Assembly: GCA_951406725.2 (NCBI GenBank)
Contig: OX597827.1
Span: 81,964,001 to 82,028,000, forward strand
Length of the DNA stretch: 64,000 nucleotides
Origin: Octopus vulgaris
Taxonomy: Eukaryota
Direction: 5' to 3'
The position numbers and the translations under genes were made by a program. The notes under the pieces were generated by a model. It worked only from the letters and a program-made list of their open reading frames with translations, searched no databases and had not been told where the DNA came from. Every line of letters begins with the position of its first letter. Position 1 is the first letter of the stretch. Shown here in pieces: positions 14,520 to 28,606 of this stretch.

Positions 14520-15265
14520 TCTTTACCTCATTGTCCTTATTTCTTCTCTCCTCGCTATCCCCCCCCCCCCCGCATCCCCACCACATACACTTTCCCATCG
14601 TCATCACACTGTTCAAAGAAAGAGTAAAATGATATCTGAGAGTCTGTGAACGATTTCAGGTTTCTAGTGGAACAATAGGAGTGACAAGTACAATGTTAGT
14701 AGTGGTGGTGGTGGCGGCGGTGGTGGTGGTGGTGGTCGTGGTGGAGGTACTCTTGCTATTATCACTGGTGGTTGTGTAAGTCCATTCTGGAGAATGATAT
14801 ATGTATGAACAAATGGATTGAGACTTATACATGTATATATAACGCTATGTATATAAATGTACATAGGTGTGTGTGTGTGTATGTACGCATGTATGTTTAT
14901 ATGTATGCAAACATATATGCATATATCTATATGTATGAATATATATATATGCACACATACATTTATATGCAAATACATATATACACACGTGTGTGTGTGT
15001 GTGTGTAGAAGGATGAGAGGATCTCAGATGTAGGACCTAGTTTGGCAGCACCCAACAAAATGGCCACAAACCATCTCCTCTACCCCTCCACACCATGACC
15101 ACCACTGCTAGGTACTGTGAACATCAGATAACTGTTGTTAGAATTGATTAGGTTGATAATGACGATGATGATGATGTTGATTTAAAACATTAATTAACAA
15201 GAATAACAATAGTTTTACTTGTACCATGGTTTATATATGTGTGCATACATTTTATATATGTGTAT

Positions 15266-15318
<53 letters not shown>

Positions 15319-17013
15319 CATGTGTGTGTGTGTATTGATATACATACATTATACATACACATATACACACACAAACATACAGTTATAAAGCTATACAACT
15401 AAATTAATAAAAAGGCTCATTCAAAGCTTGGGACAATTTTTTAGGGATAGGAACACAAGCTGAATTCCTTCAACCATTAATCCCCATTGAAATACTTTAG
15501 TCTTCAACCACCACTCACTCTTTCCCTGCAATCTCCACTCCAGGCTCCACTCCAGACATAGTGCAGAATTCTTAGATTTAAATTTGTCCCAGCCTAGGAT
15601 TTGGGCCCATGATTAGGGTGTAGGACAAAATACCTGGAGACTCCTGGTATTTCCAGCCTGATTTCAATTCTCATGGAAGTCTGGCTTTCACACTTCTGGA
15701 ACTGATAACATCAAATACCAGTTGCATTCTGGGATCAATTTAATTGATTGATCCTTGTGTGTTCTAGAGATTTCTTCAGACATGAGACAACTGCTGCGAA
15801 TTCTGGATCCAGGTTTTTAGCGATGCTTGGAGAGAATGGACATGCATGTACACCTCAATGTCTACAGCATTATTGTGACCCAAGTTGTTATACAAAGTAT
15901 TAAGGATATCAAAATCCATTCCTTTGCACCCAACTGCCATAAGACTGCTAGCAGTCACTAGCAGTACTTGTCTGGTCATCTCTTGCACTCAGAACGTTGA
16001 CAGAGGTGTATATAGTTGACCATAGTCTCAACTTGTCAACCACTCAATCAATCGTTCAAACTGTACCAGGGTTAACAATGTCCTTCGTTTCCTCAAAATT
16101 GGTTAAACAGGATGCAGTGAAATACTGTCATTAGTTCACTCACACCCTGAGTTCCATCCCTCTTTTAAGACATTATCCCAAGATGTTGGGCACTACCCCT
16201 TATGAACCCTGTTTTCAGGGCCTTTGATGTTGAAGGGAGGAAGAAGAGGGCATTGTCCTCAGATTGGGGACTTGGTACAAAGGTTTGCCACAAAGGGCAC
16301 TCTACAAAGGTACCCATAGTACAGATGGTAGTGAGGTCAGCACAGATGGAGGACCAAGTCAAAGCATAAGAATATTCAATCTGCTCACGTCATGGGCAGA
16401 GTCAGAATGGGAACTTGTGTTGTTGATTCATTTTCACATGAAATAATGATAATATTCATCAGACACACAAATACACACTCTGTCTGTCTGTCTGTCTGTC
16501 TACCTCTCTTACACAAATCCCCTTCTCCTCACCATTGTCTGTCAAATTCCCCATCATTGCTATTTGACTCCTCTCTCATCATCAATTGTCCATCAACATC
16601 AGCTCTCAGTGTACTTTAAGGGAGCAGATGTGGGGGTGAGGTGAAGACACAGTGAACAAGGTTGAGCTTCAAGGTCAAAGTACAAGGCTAGCTTGGGGTC
16701 CAGGGGTTCAAACAACAATGCAGTACATCAGAGAATGGATAGATGTGAAGAGAGGAGTAGAGTGGAATGTGTTTGGATGGGGTCTGAGTACCCAAGCAAG
16801 CTCCCAGCTGGACAAATGCAGTTCACTGATGCGCACACATAAATAGCCGACCACCTCCACAACACACTTTATATATTCATATACATCCACAAATGCATAT
16901 ATATTTATATACCCCTAGAAACATATGCATGTGCTTGTGTGCACATGTACACTCTCAGAATAGACATTATTTGATGTAGATCTCAATACGAAATGTAAAA
17001 ATATATGTGTATG

Positions 17014-17046
<33 letters not shown>

Positions 17047-17067
17047 TGTATGATATATATAGATGTA

Positions 17068-17102
<35 letters not shown>

Positions 17103-17129
17103 TGTATGATATATATATATATATATATG

Positions 17130-17454
17130 GATCATCATCATCGTTTAACGTCCACTTTCCATGCTGGCATGGGTTGGACGATTTGACTGAGGGCTGGCAA
17201 ACCAGATGGCTGCACCAGGCTTCAATCTTGATCTGGCAGAATTTCTACAGCTGGATGCCCTTACTAACGCCAACCACTCCAAGAGTGTAGTGGATGCTTT
17301 TACGTGCCACCGGCACAAGGGCCAGTCTGGCAGTACTGGCAATGGCCACGCTCGAAAATGGTGGTTTTTATGTGCCACCTGCACAGGAGTCAGTCCAGCA
17401 GGACTGGCAACGACCTCACTTGAATGGTTTGTTCACGTGCCAGTGAGGCGACGC

Positions 17455-17455
<1 letters not shown>
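17130..17455 (-). mobile_element. SINE/LINE-tail family D (RTE-like 3' tail ending in (GAT)n)
   Basis: catcatcatcgtttaacgtcc...ccatgctggcatgggttggacg...gctggatgccctt.ctaacgccaaccactcc is shared with 24930, 27718, 33571 and 62485. Inserted in a (TA)n tract. Confidence 0.8.
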
Positions 17456-17501
<46 letters not shown>

Positions 17502-18309
17502 TACAAGAGGAGGGATGACAGGGACTTTGAAGTTTCAGCCTGCTAGCTTAGTCTGACAAAAACATCCACGTCAAAGCTTCGCAACCTCTGTCTTCATTAT
17601 CCTTATAAAAGCAAAATAAACTTGCATTCTACAAAATATATTAAATGATTATTCAGTTAAACATTGTTCTTATCATAGTTCAACATAATACAACCATTAA
17701 TGTGTGTGTACAAGTGTGTGTGTGTGTTGTACTTTACACAAAAGATCTACAAGCAATGGACTATGATAGGGTATTAAGAAATCACTGGTCTGGAAATATT
17801 CCATGATTTTCTCAACTAGGGATTACAAATGTCCTATCTAGACTGCATTATCAGATAGACATGTCCATAGATCAACAGAAAGACAAACAGGTAGGCAGAT
17901 AGATATACAGACAGACTGGACAGACAATTGGATCAATAAATAAATCAACAGGTGTGACGTGTAATGAGGTAAATTAAAAATGCCGGATAGTGTAGTGAGA
18001 GAGAGAGAGAGAGAGAGATCAACTGATGTGGTCAGGTAGATAGACTAATGGATGGGTTGTGAGATGAGCAGACGTGGTGGGTGGATCTGGGCTGGCTGCA
18101 AAGTGCTATAGCCAGATCAAGACAACTGGATGATGTTGTGACAGATCCATTGACGGAGGGAGTTTTAGTGTAAGGCGCCAGATGTGATGTATAATGTGGC
18201 AGATGAAGTTGAGAAAGATTAGGGTTTGGAAATATAGGGATCTCCTTGAGGTTCAATGCTATTGGGGTCATTTAACTTTAGCCCCATGTCTATAGATAAC
18301 TCCATCACA

Positions 18310-18680
18310 GACACTCATACATACTCACATGCACAGGCACAAACCTACATATGTGTATGTATATATATATATATATATATACATTCATATAAATACATAC
18401 ATATACACGTATACGTACATATATATATGTGTATGTACATATACATACGTAAAGATACATACATCTACATATATATGCACACATATATATATACATATAT
18501 ATACACATATATATACACACATATATACACACGTATATACACATATATATATACATATACATACATATATATACATACACACATATATATATACACATAT
18601 ACATATATATACATACATACATACACATATATACATACATAGATATAGATATACACACATAGATACATGTGTATTTTTTA
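18310..18680. repeat. Compound TA/CA microsatellite
   Basis: Directly visible. Confidence 0.95.
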
Positions 18681-18865
18681 GTGTAAAAATGCAGTAAAAT
18701 AGAGAAATCAGTCAATTGCTTATACACAGAATGTCATGTGTTTGTGTGGTTGTACATTGTGTTTGAATATAGAAAGGCACAAACAGGCATACATACGTAT
18801 GTGTGCATATATATTTATATTATTGTGTGTGTGTGTATACATACATATCATGAGGGAGAAAGAAG

Positions 18866-18896
<31 letters not shown>

Positions 18897-19133
18897 GTTT
18901 CTATCAATATCCACATTTAGTAAAAATACATAAACTATATCTCACATTCAAGATTAGGTTTATCCGCAAATTATATATACATACATATATATATGTGTGT
19001 GTTTGTGTATATATGTATGTATATATAGGTATGTGTGTATGTGATTATATATATTTATTAATGTGTCATTTGTATGTTGTTCATAGTCAGTTACTCACAT
19101 ACATGCACTCATAAATATACATACATACACAAG

Positions 19134-19181
<48 letters not shown>

Positions 19182-19278
19182 ATGTTCAGTAGTGTATCCC
19201 CCATTACTTTGTATTATAGCTGTGATTATATCTGTGTGTATGCATGCATACACAATATGTAAGTATGTATGTGTGCAC

Positions 19279-19310
<32 letters not shown>

Positions 19311-19792
19311 ATGCATATACCACTGTCAGTCTGAGCTTTACTGTCGCCTGACCACTTCGCCCCACTCTTCTCCACTTCACACATCTCCACCCACCTCTCT
19401 CCTCACATGCACCTCTCCATCTCTTCTTGCTCTCTACTTCCTCTCTTTCTCCTTCTGTTTATCCATAATTCTTTCAGACTCTTCCTCTGCCGGTCTCTCT
19501 GTCTCTCCTTCTCTTTCTGCCTCTGTCTCTCTCTCCTCTTGTCTTCTTACTCTCCATCATCTCTACATCTGTCTGTCTGTGTATACATACATATATATAC
19601 ATATAAGCTTATATTCCTCTCTGTTTGTCTATCACCATCTCTTTCTCTCTCTCTCCTTGCCTTCTTGCTCTCCATCTCTCTCCACTGTACTGAGTTGTAC
19701 TACAGTCACAAGAACAGTTAACAGTCACAGACAAACTTCACACCGGGATATATATATATGTATATATATGTATAAAGATATATATATACATG

Positions 19793-19829
<37 letters not shown>

Positions 19830-19844
19830 TATGCATACATGCAT

Positions 19845-20070
19845 TACGGAGAAAGCCACTGCGTGTCACTCAACCGGCCTGATAGGAATAGCAGCCAAAT
19901 CACCCTCAAATCACATTCTATTGTCTGAAGAAACAAAAAAAAGAAATGAACGGACGCATTAGATAATGTAGTCCTAGATATCCCTAAAAATCATCAGGAT
20001 GGTCACAGTTGGATTACCTTTGATCCTAGGTCTGCCTGATCAGGGCTGACCCCCTGGGGCTGAATAATAA
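19845..20070. mobile_element. Dispersed repeat family E, best-preserved copy
   Basis: taggaatagcagccaaatcaccctcaaatcac...ataatgtagtcctagata...ctttgatcctaggtctgcctgatcagggctgacc...ggggct. Related copies near 4440, 9245, 21545, 34885, 39070, 40395-41075, 45085, 45840, 48490 and 58815. Confidence 0.75.
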
Positions 20071-20905
20071 CCACAGTGAAAATACATTCCCCTACCCCTG
20101 CCCCCTCCCAACACAAGCACATGCTCACGTATATATATATGTATATATATATATATGTATATATATATGCATATGCACGCATATACACATACACACACAC
20201 GCTTCTGAGAACAACCACCAGACAGGAATCCAACACTCCACCACACCACACTGCAGTAGACTACATTACACCACCGACACCACCACAGACAACTACACTA
20301 ATACAACACTACACCAATACCATCCCTAGACACCGCTACGCTTCTGCCACTACATACCACTAGACCATCGCACCTAACAACACTATCCTTGCACTACACG
20401 TCACCACTACCACCACCACCACAGGATCCCTCACCATCACCACCACACACCGACAACACTAAATTACCACTAGACACCTCAGCACCACCACTACCATCAC
20501 CATCACCACCTCCACATAGTACATGGCACATGACACCCAGCATCCCCCTCACTACCATCACTAAACACTACCACACACCCCTACCACTTCCCTACTCCCC
20601 TCCGTTACGCTACCGTCTCCTCCTCTTCCTCCTCCTCCTCCACCTCATCCGCTGCCGCCGCCGCCGCCGTCATCACCATTACACAGGATATATAAAAACA
20701 TGGACACAACTGAACAAGTAAGATTTATTCCTTCTTCACTTCCTTGTTGTTGTTGTTGTTGATGTTGTCATTGTTGTTGTTGTTGTTGGAGAAGTGTCTC
20801 TCCTCCCGGCACACTTTAGCCACCTTCTCTTTAATTATTCTCTCTCTCTCTATCTCCCTATCTCTTTCACTCTTTCTATCTGTCTATCTCAGTTACTGTC
20901 TCTGT

Positions 20906-20937
<32 letters not shown>

Positions 20938-21799
20938 TTCTACCTCTATTGTCACTTGATCTTACTCTACAGATGGAACTTCACTTCTTCTTCTTCTTCT
21001 TCCCCAGTATTATCACCACCACCACCACCACTACCACTACTACTTCTTACATCAACCACCATTTGCATCACAGCCAATACAACATCAAACACCATGTACT
21101 GTAACAGTAGCAACAACTATGACATTATGACAGTAACCACTCCAGCAAAAAAAAAAAAAAAGAACAGAACTACACTACCACCAGAACATCACAGCAACCA
21201 CAGCAGAGATACCACAATCACAACCACCACTACACTACATCCACTAGTACAACAAAAATACAACAGTTACTTCACCTATCACCACAACTACCACAAGAGC
21301 AATTGTTGTATGGGCTATAGCAGTAACCACTCCTAACCAATACTCAATGCCACTACACATAACACTACCATATATGTGTAAGTGTGTGTGTAAATATATA
21401 TATAGCCACTATTTCAGATGCTACTATATACTATACCAACATACCACTATTCACTATACTAGCACATACAACACTATCATATACCACAAATACAACCTCT
21501 GTACCATCATGAGACAACACCACCACCACCACTACAACAGCAACTAGGTAGCTTATAAGGTCAGAAGTGCTAGAAACAGCAGTCATATTTTCCTTACATC
21601 ATCCCCAATCTACAGATTGAAGTGACTTAGATAACAGAGGTGTTGGTCACCACAGGAATGGCTGCATCACAGCTGACCTGGGATGTGGGTGGGTGTGATT
21701 AGACCACCACCACCACCACCAGCACAATACCATTACTCAATACCAGTGTTAATATGGTAATTGGATAGCTTATCACATCCCATTCACAGTGAAGTCCAT

Positions 21800-22444
21800 T
21801 AAATATAATACATACATACATACATACATATCTCTTATGTATATATATATATTTATGTTGTGAGTATGTGTGTGCTGTTATGTGTGTATGATAGGTAGGT
21901 GTTTATAATAAAAAGGTGAGTGCAGGTATGATAGTAGTGGGGGTGGTGTGGGGGTGGCGGCTGTTACTATGACAACATCACAAGACAAAGAGACCTGAGC
22001 AGTCTCCAACTAACACAGATAACACTGTGTATATATAATCTATATATATATATAGACAGACAGACAAGGTTATATGCATACATGTATAAGAATACACACA
22101 CACACATATATATATACACACACATATACGTGCATATATATATATACACACACATATGCATACATATATGTATATATACACATATGCATACATATATGTA
22201 TATATACACGTATACATACATATATGTATATATACACGTATACATACATATATGTATATATACACGTATACATACATATATATATAGATATATATATATA
22301 CATATATATATACACACATGAATATACATAAATATATATATATATATACATACATACACATATACATACATATATACACATATACGTACATATATTCACA
22401 TATACATACATATATATACACATATACATATATATACAGATACA

Positions 22445-22478
<34 letters not shown>

Positions 22479-22752
22479 GATACATCTCTCTCTCTCTCTC
22501 TCTCTCTCTGTATATATACACACACACACACATATATATATACACACATTCACATCCATGTAAATGTAATGCATATATTTACAATATCAAACATAGATGC
22601 AAACACACATACAAACACAAACACACACACATACGTATATACATATGCATGTGAACATATTACGTATTCTCATTCCCACTGCTTTTGCTTTTGTTTTGTA
22701 ATATATATACACACTCACACATACATATGGATATATGTGTGTGTGTGTGTGT
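21800..22752. repeat. Compound TA/CA/CT microsatellite field
   Basis: Directly visible, interrupted by a short unique island near 21960-22030. Confidence 0.9.
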
Positions 22753-22779
22753 AAAAAACAGAAGAAAAAAACCAGTAAA

Positions 22780-23950
22780 AGGAAACAAGATGGGAGAAGT
22801 CTGTGGAACTGGTCGCCCCCCACAGGCAATCCTTGTAATGAGGAAACAACCAGAGAAGTACTTGGCTAAGAGTAAAGCACTGAATCTGACATTCGTTGAC
22901 CTGGAGAAGGCCTTTGACCAGGTGCTATGCCTAGTAATTTGGTGGCCACTGAGGAAATTGGTTGTAGATGAATAACTTATAAAAGCTGCAAAGGAAGGTG
23001 TGATGTGAGATTTAGCAAGAGGTCTGCAATGAATTTAGTGTGGAGACAGGAATCCACTGACAATTCAGTCTTCAAGCGTCTTCTATTTGTTATTGTCCTA
23101 CCGGTTATCAAAGAAGAGTCTAAGACCAGCTGTCCAAAGGAAATCCTTTATGCTGACCATCAGCTTCTTATAGTTAAATCTCTGGCGGAATTATAGAAGA
23201 AATTCCAAGCATGGAAGTAAAATCTAGAATTGTGAGGCCCAAAAGTGAATTTAACAAAGACTGAGGTGTTAGGAAATAGTAAAGAAGATAGAAGTCTGGT
23301 ATGTTGAGGGAGATGACCTTGCTTGATCTGTTGAGAAGATGTGTGAAGACAAAGTGTATCCAGTGTGAGTTAGGGACATCCAAGAGATGTAATGGATTCA
23401 TAGACACACTAACCAAGTAAGCTTTGTGTGTGATAGATGTGTTGATGCCATAGGAATACACCAGAAATAGATTCTGAGAAATACCCAGATGCTTCTATGG
23501 AGACAACTGGTAATTTTTGTTTTTTTATATGCTATGACTTGCAGTGGAGGTGGTTGTTCTGTGAATAAAGTAGCCAAGGAAGGAATGGGGTGGGAAAAGT
23601 TCAGGGTGCTACTATAAATTCTGCTTGTAGTGAAGACCTTTGCCTCTCCCTCAGAGTGAAAGGTAGATTGTAGGATGCTTGTGCTAGGACTGTGATGCTG
23701 CATGGTAATGCTTTGGATGCAGAAAGTCTGCATCGACTGGAAAGAAATGAAATAAACCTTCTCCCCTGGATGTGTCTGAACAGCAAAGTGGAAATGAGCT
23801 GAGAAGAAAGTTGTGTCTAAAAGGAATGAGATGGGGTGTGCAAGAGAGGCCCTGGTTATGGGGGATGTGATGTGCAACGACTGTTGAATAAAGAAACACT
23901 GTTGCACTCCAAGAAGGCAACTGGGGGAAAAAACATATAATGAAGTTGTG
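22780..23950 (+). pseudogene. Decayed RTE-clade LINE reverse transcriptase
   Basis: Motifs AILVMRKQPEKY...TFVDLEKAFDQV...IWWPLRKL, LLFVIVL...CPKEILYADHQLL, GWEKF, RVKGRL*DACARTVMLHG and LHRLERNE, with many stops and frameshifts. Confidence 0.85.
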
Positions 23951-24929
23951 ACACTGCATCTTGCAACAGAGATGACAAAAAGCTGTAGTGACCAGTTGGG
24001 GAGGGACGAAGAAGATCTGACGAGCCATGGGGGAAACTACAGTAATGATAGAAAGCCTAGGATCTCTATATGGGCACATGTGTGTATATTTATATGCATT
24101 GGTGTAAATGCATATATGTATATGTGTGGGTGTATGTGTGTATGTGTATATATATATATATATATATATACATACACACACAAGTGTATATGTGTATTGG
24201 TATGTACATGTGTATATATCTATATCCTGCCAAGCCTATATTTCCTGCTACCCTCTGCACCCTCTTTCATCCATTTTCTTATTCACTTCGATCATCTCAT
24301 CTCTCCCTCACTCATACCCCTCCGGCACTTATCTCCCCCACCACACTATGACTGGCCACCCTGCATACCACCCAATCATTCTACCCTACCATCCTTCACT
24401 CAACCTTTGTGTGAGAGATTCTGTTGCTCCTTCCTCATCACTCTGTCTCTGCCCACCTTCTGTTTCCCTGTTCACCTCAGCTATCACTCTATCGACCATA
24501 GCTCTCATCTCACCACATATGATGCTTACTTGCTTGCTCCCCCCCCCCCCCGCACCCAACCATCTCTCTCTCTCTCTTTCTACCTCTTTTCTTTCGTCCA
24601 TGCTCCCTTCTTCCGCTCTTTCCATCCATCCAATGTTATAACGGTGAGTATGAATGAACAATATCATAATGTAGGATGATAGCCCTGGACACACCTGCAC
24701 ACAACACACCTCATCAGCCTCACCACTCCCTTCTCACTCCCTTTCTCATTTCAATCCCATCAGTTCCCTCTTCCTTTGCCCCTCTTCCTTCAACTGTCAC
24801 TCTCTTCACTACTACAACACTGATCCTCTCACCGTGCCCTGCTCTTTCTCACCATATTGCCAAAAAAATCATCTCTCTCTCTCTCTCAGTTATAGGGGTC
24901 CCCTTTAGGCCCTTGGTTTCGCTATGTGC

Positions 24930-25136
24930 AAGGTAGCCTCACTGGGGTTGGTGCCACATAAAACGTTCTCAGTAGACTCTGTAAAATGGTTGGCATTAAG
25001 AATGGCACCCAGCTGTGGAAACCAAGCAAGAAACAGACATTAGAGCTTGATACGGGTCTTTGGTTTTTGGATCCCTGTTGAATTGTCCAACCCATGCCAG
25101 CATGGAAAGCAGATGTTCCATGAGGATGATGATGAT
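24930..25136 (+). mobile_element. Family D repeat copy
   Basis: Reverse-orientation match to 17130-17455 (ggttggcattaagaatggcacccagctg...gtccaacccatgccagcatggaaa...gatgatgatg). Confidence 0.75.
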
Positions 25137-25541
25137 TGTGTGTATGTATATGTGTATGTACACACATATGTACATGTATGTATACTTACATGTACATGCA
25201 CACACATATGTACATTTACATCATATTCCCTAAAATGCTTGGAAAGTCTCCCCCAGACATCATTCATTGCTTTTGTAACTATGGTAACCTAATTAAGAGA
25301 AAAGCTGGGGGCTCTAAAAGGAGCCAGAATAAAAAATGGGTTGCAGAAATTTGAAGGAACTCTTATCTTTAATGACAACAAAGAATTCCACTTTCCCCAC
25401 CCTGACTTTTTATGATTGGTTGTGGGAGAGAAGAGGACTTGAAGACCCCTGATGAAACATATAGTGAAATGGTAGAAGTGACAGAGGGTTGGGATCTCTA
25501 TATGGACAAGTGTATATATTTATATATGGGTGTAAAGATAC

Positions 25542-25594
<53 letters not shown>

Positions 25595-25618
25595 TAGATA
25601 TACATATATACACACACA

Positions 25619-25649
<31 letters not shown>

Positions 25650-25654
<5 letters not shown>

Positions 25655-26221
25655 TGAGTGAAAAAGTAATGCCATTTTGTTTAGCACAGATATAATTATC
25701 AACACAGGAACATGTATCATACATCAAAATGAAGCTGGTCCTCTGTGGATCACATCCCTACTTCTCAACATAGTCACTGTTTCTCTCAATAGCAATGTTC
25801 CACCTTTGAATTAGAGCATGTATCCCTGCCCCGTAAAATTCTGTTGACTGTTCTTTGAGACACTTCTTCACTACAGTTTTCACTTCCTCGTCACTGGAAT
25901 AATTTAGCGCCTTCAGACTATCATCTCTTTGGCCTCGTGAAAGAGAGTTTGAGAGGCAAGCATTATTCCAGTGACGAGGAAGTGAAAACTGTAGTGAAGA
26001 AGTGTCTCAAAGAACAATCAACAGAATTTTACGGGACAGGGATACATGCTCTAATTCAAAGGTGGAACATTGCTATTGAGGGAAACAGTGACTATGTTGA
26101 GAAGTAGGGATGTGATCCACAGAGGATCAGGACCAGCTCCATTTTGATGTATGATACATGTTCCTGTATTGGCAATTATATCTGTCCTAAACAAAATGAC
26201 ATTACTTTTTGACTCACCCTC
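25650..26221. mobile_element. Mariner-derived fold-back MITE (long inverted arms)
   Basis: Arms 25650-25903 and 25962-26221 are reverse complements with GAGGGTGAGT(C/G)AAAAAGT termini. 25904-26107 (+) reads LAPSDYHLFGLVKESLRGKHYSSDEEVKTVVKKCLKEQSTEFYGTGIHALIQRWNIAIEGNSDYVEK*, a mariner transposase C-terminus. Confidence 0.93.
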
Positions 26222-26252
<31 letters not shown>

Positions 26253-26472
26253 CACAAAATCTGTGTGAGTTGGAGGTTGTTAAACCAACCAACTAAGGGA
26301 TGGTACTTATCCAATATATATTGCTGGTAGGGTACCCAATTATTCATACCCAAGTGCTCGTCATTGTGTGGCAATCTCTTAGTTGAGTGTCATATATCAG
26401 CCGGTAGACATTCAAGTATGTTTACTGGCTGATGTATGTCATTTTTGTATCCTCTCCACTTTCTTATTTGCA

Positions 26473-26506
<34 letters not shown>

Positions 26507-26559
26507 ACACATTTATGTATATGTGTGTGTGTGTGTGTATACATTTTTTTTTTCTCTTT

Positions 26560-27715
26560 CTCTAGTTTCAGCTCAGAGCTGTGGCCATGCTGATGCACCG
26601 CCGTTTTGCTACACTGTTATTACTAAGACCCTCCTCTAGTATGTGGTACTTGGGGAAGAATGGAGTTTGATATAGCTACCCTCATTTGCACTGGGACTCT
26701 TGACAGGATGAGGTCCAGCTTTGATTTAAAACCCCCTACATCTACTTTGTGCAAGTTCCTCAGACTTTGGGAGAATATTAAAAAGCTGTGTGCCCTTGAA
26801 ACCCAGGCTATTGCAGTAACTGGTCCTGAAGCGTGATGGCATTGCTGGGATCTTTGGCACTATGTAGTGTTGTCCCGTTCTAGCATTGGTGTAGCTTTCA
26901 ATGCCAAAATTTGGCACAATTCCTTCCAGGATCTTCCAGATATATATTACTGCATCCCTCTTGCGTCTTCTCTCCAGGGAGTAGAGTCTTAGCTGTTTCA
27001 ACCTTTCCCAGTAGCTGAGCAGTTGCAAAGAGACGATCTTCTTTGTGAAGCTTCTCTGAATTGCTTCAAGGTCCGCTGATAATTTCACACTGGTGGGTGA
27101 CCATAGCTGTGAGCAGTAATCCAGGTGGCTGAGGATAAATGTCTGCCAGGACCATCATGGTTTCCTTATCTCTGGTTCTGAATGTTCTTAGGATCCATCC
27201 AGCCAGTTGTCTGCTCTTTGTCGCCATCCTGGTAATGTGCACTTGGAAAGAGGTATCATCACTCATGTCGATACCCAGGTCCCTCACTGACTTAGGCTCT
27301 GGGATTGAAATTCCCTGTGGACCGGTGTACCCTGTAAGTTTCATATTCAGTTTTGGATGCTGGTAGTACAGGGCTTGGAATTTTTCAGCATTGAATTGCA
27401 TATTATTATCCTCAGCCCATCTGTAAACTGAGTCCAACTCCTGCTGCAGATGTGCAATATCTCTGGGGTTCTGTATTTTCTGCAAGACTTTTGTATCATC
27501 TGCATAGCTCGCCAGAGTGGCTATCCAGGCATTTAAGGGCATATCTGAGAGGGCCACTATTAAAAGCAGTAGTCCCAAGACAGTGCCCTGTGGAACACCG
27601 CTCACTATTTGTGTGTTCATAGAGGTGGCTCCATTAGCCACAACTGCCTGACTCCTATTTTTCAGGAAGTCATGTAACCTCTCTCCAAGTTTTCCAGCTA
27701 TGCCAAAGTCACGCA

Positions 27716-27717
<2 letters not shown>
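26560..27717 (-). pseudogene. 5'-truncated CR1/L2-group LINE: RT C-terminal half plus 3' tail
   Basis: GVPQGTVLGLLLL, YADDTKV, WAEDNNMQFNAEK, VRDLGI and SYWERLKQLRLYSLERRR motifs with a frameshift. 3' tail ggcggtgcatcagcatggccacagctc...ctgaaac. Confidence 0.92.
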
Positions 27718-27746
<29 letters not shown>

Positions 27747-27931
27747 GTTTAACATCCGTTTTCCGTGCTAGCACGGGTTGGACGGTTCGACCGGGGATCT
27801 GGGAAGCCAGAAGGCTGCAGTGTTTCTACAGTTTGATGCCCTTCCTAACGCCAACCACTCCGTGATTGTAGTTGGTGCTTTTTACGTGCCACCGGCACGG
27901 GTGCCAGGGGAGTCTGGCAGCGGCCACGATT
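27718..27931 (-). mobile_element. Family D repeat copy abutting the LINE RT
   Basis: (CAT)n cgtttaacatccg...gcacgggttggacgg...gatgcccttcctaacgccaaccactcc. The (CAT)n tract supplies the false MLNDDDDD start of ORF 27066-27755. Confidence 0.8.
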
Positions 27932-28355
27932 GGTTAACAAATAGTGAGGGGTTATTAATCTGGACAAAATACTCGATAAGCTCTGCTCCCTGTCAGCACC
28001 CCAGGCTAACAATATTACTTAGATTAGTGAAGAACTCCAAGTGGTCTTTCAGTAGAATCCAAACTTAGGGTTCATCACAATTCTCTATTGAAAATACGTG
28101 GGTGGGCTTCAAATAAACTGGTTTTTACAGAGAGATATATAAAGAGACAAGTAAAAATAGGGGTCACTATGCATAATTCCTTTATTATAGCCAATCTGGC
28201 TTACAGCAAAGCGGCCGGGAATTGGGGATGCAAGGGGTACAAATGCACCCCCTATTACTGAAGTAAAAGCACCAACATTAAAAAATTAAATCATATATTT
28301 ATATATCATCATCATCGTTTAATGTCCACCTACCATGCTGGCATGGGTGGAACCA

Positions 28356-28387
<32 letters not shown>

Positions 28388-28606
28388 AAGATCCAAAGAT
28401 CAAGATGTAGGGTGCAAGCTAGCTTCAAGCAATCTGTAGTAAATATAAAAAACAACTTTCATGAACAATAGCAGTTTATTGAGATGGAAGGATGTGGATT
28501 TTTTGGTACAGAAGTATGATAAGCTGAAATGTTTTTTTTATACATATATATATATATATATATTTCATGGTAGATAACCAGGGTTGTCAGGTATGCAAAT
28601 AAGGCT

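Noticed and set aside
10226-22574. Long ORFs rich in YI/HT/CV/LS and homopolymer runs
   Set aside because: Translations of (TA)n, (CA)n, (CT)n and trinucleotide microsatellites in several frames; no coding signal.
23995-25515. CTGANGA...GAAA motifs at ~24017 and ~25449 in two copies of one repeat
   Set aside because: Stems I and II pair with only about 2 bp and one copy lacks a UH site; not supportable as hammerheads without a family consensus.
27066-27755. 229-aa RT ORF as a functional CDS
   Set aside because: The start and poly-Asp come from the adjacent repeat's (CAT)n tail. The RT lacks its N-terminal half and is frameshifted.
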